This document shows, in pieces, positions 1 to 11,760 of a stretch of DNA of 64,000 bases. Position 1 is the stretch's first letter, and each line of letters starts with the position of its first letter. The stretch is taken from positions 52,454,001 through 52,518,000 of the forward strand of contig NC_086108.1 in NCBI RefSeq assembly GCF_963921235.1, written 5' to 3'. The notes under the pieces are model-generated. The model was not told where the DNA came from. It ran no database searches and saw only the letters and a program-made list of their open reading frames with translations. Made by a program: the position numbers and the translations under genes. The stretch comes from Mobula hypostoma. Its lineage: Eukaryota.

Positions 1-286
1 AAAGAGTACAGTACTTCTCTGGTGGAGTCCAGAATAAGATAGAATAATCTTAATATCAGAATTGGGTCACTTATGAGTGAAACCAATTGTCACTTTTTCC
101 TCTCAACAATTGATGGAAATGTGTGATTAAAAACTCCAAAAAAGTTGTGGATACTAAGCAATTAAAATGTTGAGAGACAAGACCAGTAGTTTTTTTGTCA
201 AGCAAGCATATCAAAACACATTAAAGAAAGGTCTCTATGCAGAGTTGACTGCAAGCTTGAAGATCTTGACCCTCTTGACCTCAGCA

Positions 287-464
287 CAGGGGTCCCCAAC
301 CTTTTTGCACCGCAGACCGGCCGACGGGGGGTGGGGAGGGGGTTAGTCAACAGTGGGCGTGACAGGGAATGAGGAAAGGTGCAGCTGACTCATATCGCCA
401 AATCATATCATTTCCTCGCAGCCCAGTAGCACATGCTTTGCAGCCCGGTGGTTGGAGACCACTG
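287..464. mobile_element. hAT (Charlie-like) MITE
   Basis: TIRs CAGGGGTCCCCAAC / GTTGGAGACCACTG; 8-bp TSD CCTCAGC(A/G); ends shared with the element at 35139-36333. Confidence 0.85.
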
Positions 465-559
465 CCTCAGCGCTGTTGATGTAAACAGGAGCATTAGCAT
501 CACCCCGCTTCCTGAAGTCAATGACCAGCTCTTCTGTTTTGATGACATTGAGGAAAAGG

Positions 560-2470
560 AGCATTCAAAGCGACTCCATCTGCACACCTAGGACAATCAG
601 ACCACACCTCCCTCACACTGACCCCACCTTACAGACCACAGATCTGCAGAGTTAAACCAACTATCAAGGCAGTACATGTGTGGTCTGCGGAAGCCACCTC
701 AATGCTACAGGACTGTTTTGACAACAGAGATTGGGGCTTGTTTGCAAAGGGAGCAGACCTGGAGGAATATGCTGGTTCAGTCCTAAGATATATTAAGTTT
801 TGCACAGAAAATGTAATAACACAAAAGACAATTAAGGTGTTTCCCAATCAGAAGCCATGGATTAACAGCAATGTGAGGGCACTACTCAGGGAGCGCGATG
901 CAGCCTTCAGGTCAGGAGACAAACAAGCCTACAGTGAAGCACGGGGGAATCTCCGCAGGGACATCAGGGATGCGAAGCGCAAATACAAATTGCGCATTGA
1001 AAATCAGTTTGATAACAACAACCCCCGCAGTATGTGGAAAGGCATCAAGGCGCTGACAGACTACAAATCCAATAATCTGCTGCCAGATGATGACGCCACG
1101 ATACTCAGAGGGAGGAGGCTGCTCCACTCATCAACCCACCTGACGATGAGTCCACACTGATCCTTAAGCAACATCAGGTGAGATCCACCCTGAGGAAAGT
1201 GAATGCGAGTAAGGTAGCTGGCCCAGACGGAGTGCCCGGCCGGGTACTGAAAGCATGTGCCGACCTGCTTGCTGAGGTGTTTACAAGTATATTTAACCTA
1301 TCACTGCAACAAGCTGTTGTTCCATCATGCCTTAAAACCTCCACCATCATCCCAGTGCCCAAAATATCAGCTGTGAAGTGCCTGAATGACTATGGCCCTG
1401 TAGCGCTGACACCCATAGCCATGAAGTGCTTTGAGAGACTTGTGCTCTCACACAATAAGGCTATAATCCCACCTGATCTGGACAAACACCAGATTGCCTA
1501 CTGGGCAAACTGCTCCACAGAGGATGCAATCACAACAGCCCTCCATATTGCTCTGACTCACTTAGAGGAACCGAACACTTATGTGAGGATGTTATTTGTG
1601 GACTTCAGTTCCGCACTTAACACAGTCTTCCCCCATAAACTGGTCAGCAAACTGAACACTCTTGGCCTTGGTTCCTCCCTGTGCTCATGGGTCATGGACT
1701 TTCTCACAGACCAACCACAGCAAGTCAGAATTGGTAAGCACACCTCCACCACCCTCATCTTAAAAATAGGCACCCCGCAGGGCTGTGTGCTGAACCCTAT
1801 GCTCTATACACTCTTCACACATGACTGCACCCCCCTCTACACCTCCAACTCCGTAATTAAATTTGCGGAGGATACCACAGTGGTTGGCCTGATCTCGGAC
1901 AAGGATGAAACAGCCTACAGGCTTGAGGTGGATCATCTGACGGAGTGGTGTAAGGACAACGACCTGGTCCTTAACACTTCTAAAACAAAAGAGATGATCA
2001 TTGACTTCAGGAGATCAAAGGACAAAGTACACCCCCCCCCCGCCATATACATGGAGAGGTAGTGGAAAGTGCGGAAAACCTAAAGTTTCTTGGAGTTATG
2101 TTGTTAAAACAGCTGACATGGACCACCAACACCTCGCTGCTTGTAAAAAAGGCACAACAAAGACTCTTCTTCCTTAGAAATCTGAACAAGGCCAAACTCC
2201 CACAAAAGCTGTTGCTTAACTTCTACAGAAGCACAATTGAAACCATCCCAACCACAGCGTGGTATGCCAGCTGCACAGCCGCTGAGCAACAAGACCTGCA
2301 TCGCGTGGTGAAGGTGGCCCAGCGAATTGTCAGGATGGAGCTCCCAGGACTGAACACCATCTATTCCAGCAGACTCAGGAGGAAAGCAATCAGAATAACC
2401 AGAGACACCACACAACCCAGCCACTCCCTGTTTGACCCGCTGCCGTCCAGCAGAAGGTTCAAGACACTAA
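560..2470 (+). mobile_element. Rex-Babar (Rex1-like) LINE with frameshifted RT; resumes at ~4408-4720
   Basis: ORFs with GPDG, PVALTPIAMKCFERLV, GTPQGCVL, KFAEDT; C-terminal RRFKTL|KARTNRLRNSFYP split by an insertion. Confidence 0.85.
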
Positions 2471-2998
2471 CTATGGCGCTATGAGGGAGGAGCTGGCCAA
2501 AGTTCAATGGAACAATACCCTAGCAGGGATGAGAGTGGAACAGCAATGGCAAGTGTTTCTGGGAAAAATGCGGAAGGTGCAGGATCAGTTCATTCCATAG
2601 AGGAAGAAAGATCCTAAGGGGAGTAAGGGGAGGCCGTGGCTGACAAGGGAAGTAATGGACAGTGTAAAAATAAAAGAGAAGTATAATATAGAAAAGACGA
2701 GTGGGAAGCCAGAGGACTGGGAAACTTTTAAAGAGCAACAGAAGGTAATTAAAAATACACGGAGAAAAAATGAGGTACGAAGGTAAACAAGCCAAGAATA
2801 TAAAGGAGGATAGTAAAAGCTTCTTTAGGTATGTGAAAAGGAAAAAAATAGTTAAGACCAAAATTGGGCTCTTGAAGACGGAAACGGGTGAATGTATTAT
2901 GGGGAACAAGGAAATGGCAGACGAGTTGAACAGGTACTTTGGATCTGTCTTCACTAGGGAAGACACAAACAATCTCCCAGATATAATAGTGGCCAAAA
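2471..2998 (+). mobile_element. CR1 LINE internal fragment
   Basis: KEDSKSFFRYVKRK...MADELNRYFGSVFTRED. Confidence 0.85.
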
Positions 2999-2999
2999 T

Positions 3000-4405
3000 A
3001 GTGGTCTGTCTGTATTGCCCTCAGCTCCTCCCTATTTCCATCTCTAAACGCCCTCTTTTTAGCGTTCAGGATGTCCTTAATATCCTTCATCACCTATGGC
3101 TTGTTATTTGAATAACAAAGGACAGTTCTTGTCAGAACATTGCAGTCCACACAGAAGTTGATGTAATCAGTGACGCACTCTGTGAGCCCATCAATATCCT
3201 CTCCATGTGGCTCACAGAGTGCCTGCCAGTCTGTCACCTCAAAACAACCCTGGAGCGTCTCATAAGCCCCCTCCGACCATTTTCTCACTGTCCTCAAGGT
3301 TGCAGGTTTACTCTTCACCAGAGGCACGTAAGCAGGGTTTTAGATGCACCAGGTTGTGATCTGACCTTCCCGGGGGGGGGGGGGGAGGGGGGAGGGGAGA
3401 GGAGCTGTATGCATCCTTAATGTTAGCGTACATCAAATCCAGAGTCCTCTCCCCTCTGGTTGTACAGCTCACATACTGCGTGAAGTTGGGCAGTGTTCTA
3501 ACCATGGTAACATGGTTGAAGTCACCCGAGATGGTAATGAGGGCACTCGGGTGCTGGGTTTGTAATCTGGCTATGACAGTGTAAATGATGTTACACGCCG
3601 ACGTCAGGTTGGCAGAGGGAGGGACGTATACCACAACCATAATTGCATGCGAGATTTCCCTTGGCAAATAATATGGCAAGAAGTTCAATATCCAGGCTAC
3701 AAACACGTTCCTTGATTGTAATATGCTCAGGATTGTACTATCTGTTGTTTACCAGAACCGCAAGCCCCCCTCCTTTACGCTTACCGCTCTCAGTGCAATT
3801 CCAGTCAGCTCGAACGGTCTGGAAGCCCTCTGTGGAAACGCTTTCATCAGGTATGTCCTCGTGCAGCCACGCCTCAGTAAAACACATGATACTGCTCTCC
3901 CGAAATGTTCTCTGACTCCTGACAAGCGCTGTCAATTCGTCCATTTTGTTCCCCAGTGATCTCACATTTCCCATGACGAGAGAGGGGAGACACGGCTTAT
4001 AACTTCTCTTCTCCATAAGCCTCTGTTGTCTCAATCCAGTCCCCTTCCCTCGCCTTTTTGATCCCCCTCTGCATCCTCTGTGTGTTTTCCTCCAGATTTC
4101 AGCCGGGATGTCCGCTGCTCTATTCACTAAGCCAGCCGGCATGAGTGCAACCAGCTGGTCCCTGGAATAAACAATGTGGCCATCCTGCTGCCACGCTAAC
4201 AAGACGTGTCTGAATATAACTATTTCCAGCGCTAAAAAAACAAGTAAAACTCTCTCCACCAGCATGTTAGAGAGGGTGCAGCTTCAACGTGTTACCATGA
4301 GAAAAAAAATACAACAAATAACCTAAGTTAAAAAGTTTAAAAGTAAGAAACTAAACGGAACAACTGTAACAGGCTGCATGCACGACCGGCACATGCGCAC
4401 TATTG
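3000..4405 (-). mobile_element. Rex-Babar LINE 5' half (5' UTR plus APE endonuclease)
   Basis: GNVRSLGNKMDEL, CFTEAWL, VYVPPSAN, SGDFNH, GRSDHNLV endonuclease motifs. Confidence 0.85.
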
Positions 4406-5027
4406 TCTAAAGGCCAGAACAAATAGACTGAGGAACAGCTTCTATCCCAGAGCTGTGGCCTCCATCACACCACTCCCACAGAACAATGACTGAAACTGTG
4501 AGCACACACATGCAGACACAAGGACTCAAATACTTGCACTAACGGCACTTTGTGCATTACTGTGATATTCTGGTGATGCTGCAACGTATTTTCTGCTACT
4601 TATCTATTTAATACTGTTTTTCTATTACTGTCGTTTTTATCTACCGCTTTATTTAATTGCCCAAGAGGAAGCCAAACGAGCTTCATTGTACCTATGTATA
4701 ATGACGATAAAGATGATTCAACTCAAGGTTGTTGTCATGACACCATGCCAAAAGGCTCTCTATCTTGTTCCTGTACTCTGACTCATCATTATTTGTGATA
4801 CAGCCTACCACAGTGGTGTCATCTGCAAACCTGTAGATGGAATTAGAGCAAAACCTAGCCATGCAGTTGTGAATGCATATGAAGTAAAGTAAGGGCCAGA
4901 AGGCCATTTGGGGTGCCATAGTTGAGGATAATCTGGAAGTGTTGCTATCTATCTTTTCTGATTGGAGTCTGTTTATCAGAAAGTCAAGGATTCAGTTGCA
5001 AAGGGAGGTTTTGAGTTAGAAGTCTTT

Positions 5028-5330
5028 TTAAAGATTAAAGTCTGTCACAAGCCTTGTGGCCCATCAGGCTGGTGCTTATGCCGGTTTCTATGGCATGAAG
5101 CAACTGAAAGTACAAGACTACCACCACCCCCCCACCGCCCCGGATAGGATGCCAGTCTATCGCGAGGTTAACCCCCAGCATTTTTGCCGGTATCCATTCT
5201 CAGCTGGGTAGACTGAAGCATTGTGTGGTTAAGTGCCTTGCTCAAGGACACACAAGCTGCCTCGGCCGAGGCCATGACCTTCAGATCGCTAGTCCAACGC
5301 CCTAACCACTTGGTCACGTGCCACAGTAGG
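5028..5330 (-). mobile_element. tRNA-derived SINE
   Basis: TSD AGAAGTCTTT at 5018-5027 and 5331-5340; tRNA-like head (GACCAAGTGGTTAGG); GTGTCCTTGAGCAAGGCACTTAACC central domain; CTTTAA tail. Confidence 0.8.
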
Positions 5331-6420
5331 AGAAGTCTTTGTTTCTCTTTAAATAGTGCAGATCAGCCTTGAATGTCTACTTGAGAATACAGCCTCAGAA
5401 AGGGTAAGACGAGGGAAAACATACCAGTCCTCATAGATGGATCAGAGGTGGAAAGAGTGAGCAATTTCAAGTTCCTGGGTGTCAATACCTCTCAGGATCT
5501 ATCCTGGGCCCAACATATCGATCCAGTTACAAAGAAGGCACAACAGCAGCTATATTTCATTAGGAACTTGAGGAGTTTTGGATATCCCCAAAGACACTCA
5601 CAAATTTCTACAGATGTACTGTGGAGCATTCTAATTGGCTGCATCGCTGTCCAGTATGCAGGGGGACGGGGGGGGGGAGCTACTGCACAGGATCAAAATG
5701 AGCTGCAGAGAGTTGTAAACTTAGCTCCACCATGAGCACTAGCCTCCATAGTATTCACAACACTTTCAAGGGGTAATGCTCCAAAAAGGCACCATCCATC
5801 ATTAAGGACCCCTAACACCCAGGACATGCCCTGTTCTCATTGCTACCATCAGAAAGGAGGTACAGGAGTCTGAAGACATACACTCAACGATTCAGGGACA
5901 GCTTCTTCCCCTCTGCCAATGGACATTGAACTCATGAACACTACCTCACTACTTTTTTATTTCTATTTTTGCACTACTTATTTTTATTTTTTTATATATA
6001 AAGCAAAGCTATATAATCGGATGATCTTGAACATGATTCGCACCGCCATTGACCCTAAGCTAAGATTCAATCAGAATGGTTTTCGGCAGAAGCGCACAAC
6101 AGTAATGCAAATACTTGCTGTCCGTAGAATCATTGAGGAAGTCAAGAAGAACAACATACCAGCCGTGCTTACTTTCACTGATTTTCGCAAAGCTTTTGAC
6201 TTCATTCACCAAGGTAAAATGTTGAAGATCCTGAAAGCTTACGGAGTGCCAGACCGTCTACTGACAGCAATAGTGTCCAGCTATACCAAAACCATGGCGA
6301 AAGTTGTACCACCAGATGGAGAAACAGCAGTGTTTGAGCTCCTAGCTGGTGTGCTGCAAGGAGACACTCTGGCACCCTACGTCTTTATAATCGTCCTTGA
6401 TTACACTCTACGTCAAGCTA

Positions 6421-6986
6421 TATGGGGTGTCAGGGAGGGGTAGCACCTCTGGTGGGGGAACATGTCGCGTCCTTTTCAGGGCGGTTAGTCCACCTTTGGT
6501 CCCCACCTGGCACTCAGCTCTCACCTGTGGCTCCCTGTAGCTGTTTGCATGCGACAGCGGCCACACCCCGGGCAACGGCTTTGACAAGCCAGCTAAACCA
6601 GGTGAGGGTAGCTGACGGGTCTCAAACCCTCGGTGAGATAGGGAGTTGTCTATCCCAGCATGTGAAGACAGACTCCGGCGGATTGAGCGGACGAGACCAA
6701 TGGAAGGTCCAACGGTCAAGAAGGCAGTCTCTGCAAGCGTCATGGAACGTGTTGAGCAGGACAAGACACAGAAGACGTCCTGGTCATCCACTGTGCCTAG
6801 TCCCATATCCAGCCGTCTAGATTCTGTCTTGCCACTGGACCCAGATGGGAATTGGGAAGAGAGAGTGAGGCTGACGCTGCGCAACTCTCCCTCACTTAAA
6901 TCCAAATCACGCGCTAGTCTCGACACCATCATTATGGTGTCGAGGTCCTCATCGACGTCAACGATGGACAAACAACAACAACAACA
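6421..6986 (+). mobile_element. Non-autonomous RTE-type retroposon with 5' HDV-like ribozyme, copy 1
   Basis: TSD ACGTCAA(G/A)CTA at 6410-6420 and 6987-6997; (CAA)n tail; 3' hairpin at 6919-6944; interrupts an RTE RT ORF; near-identical to the copy at 29529-30094. Confidence 0.9.
6424..6608 (+). ncRNA. HDV-like self-cleaving ribozyme (predicted), copy 1
   Basis: P1 GGGGTGT/ACACCCC; P2 CTCTCACCTG/CAGGTGAGGG; P3 GGC/GCC; P1.1 CC/GG; P4 GGCTT/AAGCC; J4/2 GCTAA with C6593. Confidence 0.75.
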
Positions 6987-9269
6987 ACGTCAAACTACCA
7001 AAGATCATGACAAACTTGGTTTTACCATAAAACCAGGACGAACCAAAAGGGTCAGACCAGTTATGCTCACAGATCTCGATTTTGCAGATGACATAGTCCT
7101 GCTCTCTGACCAGATGGAGGAAGCACAGCAGCTACTGACAAAAGTGGAAATTGAGTGCAATAAAGTTGGACTTCACCTAAACGCTAAAAAGACAGAGTAC
7201 ATGGCGTTTAACTGCGACGAAGGTAGTCTCAAGACCGTAAAGAATGATACCATTAAGAAAGTCTTTGACTTCAAGTACCTCGGGTCAAGAATGATCAGTT
7301 CAGAGAAGGACATAAAGATATGGAAGGCGCTGGCATGGGGGGCTATGAACAACATGAAGGAAATCTGGAAGTCAAACCTGACGAGAGGGCTTAAAAAGAG
7401 GATCTTCATAGCAGTCAGAGTCCATTCTCACGTACGGATGCAAGATGTGGACACTCACCAAGACTACGTGAAAGTCTCTAGATGGTTGCTGTACACGAAT
7501 GCTCCAGTTGGCTCTTGATGTGAGTTGGCAACAGCACATGACGAACGTCAAGCTCTATGAGGACCTATCGATGCTCACCACTAAAATCGAGTCAAGAAGA
7601 CTGTAACTAGCGGGGCACTGTCTACGCCACCCCGAGCTACCTGCCAGCCTAGTCATCATACAGGAGTCCGAGCATGGGAGGATGAACCCTGGGTGCCCTC
7701 CCAAGACTATGGTCAACACACTCCTAGAAGCCAGCGGCACGGCTAATGTAGATGAACTGAACACACTGATGAGGGAGAGGGAGAAGTGGAGAGTCCATCA
7801 CCGTGCCTGACGCTGGCCCCCTAAGCCTGAGTCAACGTAGTAGTAGTATATAAAATATATAAATAAATACATACATTATATCTTTACACATATACACACA
7901 CACATACACACACACTTAACTGTAATACAGTTTTTCTCTATTATTATGTATTGCATTGTACTGCTGCCGCAAAGACAACAGATTTCAAAATTTATGCCAG
8001 TGATATTAAATCTGATTCTGACTTCTAATAGAAAAACTTCCAATAATACAACATGCTATATATTTCACTGGACAAATTCACACAAAAATCCATGAGCCAA
8101 AGCAGAATAAATTCATAAATGAAGCCATGCACCTGTGTACTTTGATTTGGCCATTATCCAGGAATTTTATATTGATATCTTTATTCAGAAAATGGACTAC
8201 AGTTACTCATTGATTAAAACCTTTGATGGCAATAACTCTTGCAGATGGAAGTGCCATAGAAAACAAATGTAAATTGGGTCAATGTTTGCTGAGCATTTCC
8301 ATTTAAAGAAATCCAGTCACCTGAATCTTTAATTCTTCACCCCCGCTCTTTCGTCCCCTACATGTTCAAAAAAATCCAATGCAAACTCAAGGAATAGAAC
8401 TTCCATCTTCTCTCTGGGTACATTGAAACCTTCAGGACTTCCTTTCCCTCCACAGATGTAATGGTGTCTCTTAGTTTCAATTATTTTTCCTTGCATATTT
8501 CTAAATGGTGCTTTGATTTAAAGTAACTGTTACTTGAGAATTTTGGTCCACCCCTAACCTAGAGATTCCCTCTGGTGACAAAAGAGACTGCAGATACTGG
8601 AAAAGCTCCACCTCTCCTCCTCTCTGCATCTCTGTAGAACAAAGGACCCGACAGAAAATCCTGGCAATTCTGGACAATGTTTCTCACCCTCTGCATGCCA
8701 CCTTGGCTGAACAGAGGAGCACTTTTAGTAACAGACAAAGACAACTGTGCTGCTCCAAAGAGCGCTATAACAATTACCTTCGGCCATTAGGCTCTATAAT
8801 GAGCCAACCTATAGCCGGGGAAGTGGTGACCGCCTCCTGTTTGACTGAGGTAACTTATTTTTTTAATTCTTTCTTTCTTCTCTTCTAATATTTGTAAATC
8901 TGTGTTCCTGTAATGGTATTGTAACACTGTAAACACCTTTGGGATCAATAAAGTATCTAACTTTCTATCTATCTTAATATGCTTGTTTTCTCTATTGTTT
9001 CAGTGTAGGTAAGGATCCTTGATGCCAGCTCTGTTCCTGCACTTGGTGATCTTATGAACTGATGAGTGTTACAACAGTTTGTTTTTGTTATCATAACTAC
9101 TGCCTGTCACTTCTAATATTCAGATTATTCAAAACTTGTTTAGCTATATGAATGTCATGTTGATACATCTGTCAAAGTTATTGCTTGATGTCAAATGGCA
9201 GTTTTGATGAAACTAATTATACCCTCCACATTTCACAACACAACTACTTTGAAAAAAAGAGAGTAACAG

Positions 9270-9844
9270 GATATAAAAACAAGGGCGGAATGCTGAGACA
9301 TTATAAGAGACTGGTGAGGCTTCACTTGGAGTATTGTGAGCAATTCTGAGCCCCATAACTAAGAAAGGAAGTGCTGACATTGGAGAGGGCTCAAGGGAAG
9401 TTCACGAAAATGATTCTGGGAATGAAAGGCTTATCATATGAGGAACATCTGATGACTCTGCACCCTTACTCGCAGGAATTTAGAAGAATGAAGGGGGATC
9501 TCACTGAAACCTATTGAATGTTGAAAAGTCTAGACAGAGTGTAAGTGGAGAGGATGTTTTCTATAGTGGGGGAGTCGAGAATCAGAGGGCACAACCTTAG
9601 AATAGAGGGACATCTATTTAAAACGGAGATTAGGATGAATTTCTTTAGCCAGAAGGTGCTGAATCCGTGGAATTCATTGCCACAGGGAGCTGGGTGTATT
9701 TAAGATGGAGGGTGACAGATTCTTGATAAGTCGGGGTGTGAAAGGTTATGGGAAAATGGCAGGAGAATGAGGTTGAGAGCGAAAAGTATCAACCATGATG
9801 AAATGGTGGAGCAGACTCGAAGGGCCAAGTGGCCTATTTCTGGT
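9270..9844 (+). mobile_element. CR1 3' fragment
   Basis: Typical ORF2 C-terminus (HLEYCEQF..., LERAQ...) and 3' UTR. Confidence 0.8.
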
Positions 9845-10002
9845 AACATACATCAAAGTTGCTGTTGAACGCAGCAGGCCAGGCAGCATCTCTAGGAAGA
9901 GGGACTGTACCTCTTCCTAGAGATGCTGCCTGGCCTGCTGTGTTCACCAGCAACTTTGATGTGTGTTGCTTGAATTTCCAGCACCTGCAGAATTTCTCGT
10001 GT
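9845..10002. mobile_element. Penelope pseudo-LTR fold-back insertion
   Basis: Inverted arms of about 55 bp; 15-bp TSD TGGCCTATTTCTGGT at 9830-9844 and 10003-10017. Confidence 0.85.
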
Positions 10003-10559
10003 TGGCCTATTTCTGGTCCTACATCTTATGGACTCTGACAGAGTGAGAGCAGTAAGCTTAAAAGAGACAGAGCTTAAAAGTTGATCTCGGGACCTGCTTG
10101 CGAGTATATAGGAATTTAAAAGAGGAAGGTTTGCTAACTGTTAGTTAATAGTTAATGGCTTATTAGCTAATTAATAACAACAAATAAAAAGGTAAGGTCA
10201 GGGAGAGTGGCCGGAGTAGGAGTGCGGAGCTGAAGCTCAAGGAGCTTCCGTGTGAAGAGGCTGAGTAAGTGGCCCAAGTGTTGGGAATGGGAGAGGATCT
10301 TTAAAAAGGCTTTGGTGAGGAGGCACAGGTAAGGTTTTATTTTGCTGTTGATCCTCACTGCTTGATTTCAGTGTCGGCTAGGGACCAACAGCCTTGCAGG
10401 GAAATTTGCTAGTGCTACACAGAAGGGTTTAAAGTAGGTTGTCAGGGGGAGTGGAAATCTGAGCAGGAGCAAGTCATGGGATAAACCAGCAAAAACAACT
10501 TCAGTAATCAAGATAGCCAGGGCCACACAAAGTCTGATTGGAAGTAGTCAGGACAGCTT

Positions 10560-11760
10560 TATGCTTTGAAAACCGTGCTTGATGAACTTTCAGGGTTGTG
10601 TGGCCCTTGTTTTTTGAAATAACCCAAAAGGTAGATGAGGGTTGGGTAATGGATTTTTGCAAGGCTTTCAACAAGGTAGGCTGACCTGGAAGGTTAAATC
10701 CCATGGAATCCAGAGAAAGCTAACTTGGTGGATTCAACCCTGGCTTGGAGGGAGATTGCAGAAAGGTGGTAGCTGAAGGTCACTTCTCAGAATGGAAGTC
10801 AGTGATGAATGGTATGGCATGGCAAAGGAGTTGGGAGTTGGGATCCTTGGTTTTAGTATTTATACAAATGATTTGGATGCAAGTACACAAGGCTTGATAA
10901 GTACACTTGTAGATGACACAAAATTAGGAGGTGTTGATAGTGAAGGTTACTGTACAGGAGGCTTTTATCAGTGAGGAAAGAGGGCTGAGGAATAGCAAAT
11001 GAATTTCAATACAAGGAGATACAAGATGAAGCAGTTTGTAAAGTCAAACCAGTGCAGGATTTTTACTATGAATGAGAGGGCACCAGGAACAAAAGGACCT
11101 AGGAGTACTAGTGCACAGTTCATTGAGAGTAGTACCACAAGGTTGGCAGGGTGGTCAAAAGCACATTTAGCATGCTGGCCTTCATCTGTCACGGGAATGA
11201 GTATAGGAGCCTGGACAGTGTTGCAGTTGTCTAAGTTGTTGACGCCGCACTTGGAGGACTGTTTCAGTTGTACTGTTATAGGAAAGATGTGGTTAACTTG
11301 AAAAGAGTGCAGAAAAGATTTGAGGATGTTGCATAGACTAGAGGAGGTGAGTTGTAGAATGAGGTCGGCTAGGCTAGGTTTTTATTCCTTGGAACATAAG
11401 AAAATGAGGGGCGACTTTCAGAGCTTTATAAAATTAAGGGCACAGGTAAGGTGAATGGTAGCAGTCTTGTCACCAGGGTAGGGAGTCCAGAACTAAGGAG
11501 CACAGATATGGGTAAGAGGGAAAGATCTAAAAGGGATATGAGGGCCAATATTTTCACACAGGGAGGTGAGTATAAGGAATGAGCTGCCAGAGGAAGTGGT
11601 TGAGGTGATTACAATAATATTATTTAAGAAGCACTTGGGTAGGTACATGGAGGAGCATGGACTGAACGCAGGAAATTTGGGACTAGCTGGATGGGCATTG
11701 TGGTCGGCAAGGACTCATTGGGCTGAAGAGACTGGCTCTGTTGTGTATTGCTTTGACTTC
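10560..11760 (+). mobile_element. Decayed CR1 LINE
   Basis: Degenerate RT motifs (DDTKLGG) and a CR1 3' end. Confidence 0.75.

Larger units (their letters stand above)
6000..7846 (+). mobile_element. 5'-truncated RTE-clade LINE, interrupted by the ribozyme retroposon; itself inserted in a Rex 3' fragment (~5400-8020)
   Basis: QNGFR, DFRKAFD, GVLQGDTLAP, DLDFADD, FKYLGS motifs; (TAG)n tail. Confidence 0.88.

Noticed and set aside
6408..7518. Long ORFs across the ribozyme element (290 aa on +, 187 aa on -; 175 aa at 29517-30044), including a poly-Q run
   Set aside because: The poly-Q is the translated (CAA)n tail running into the host RT. The plus frame has a stop in copy 2 (TGA near 29893), and no domain is recognisable.
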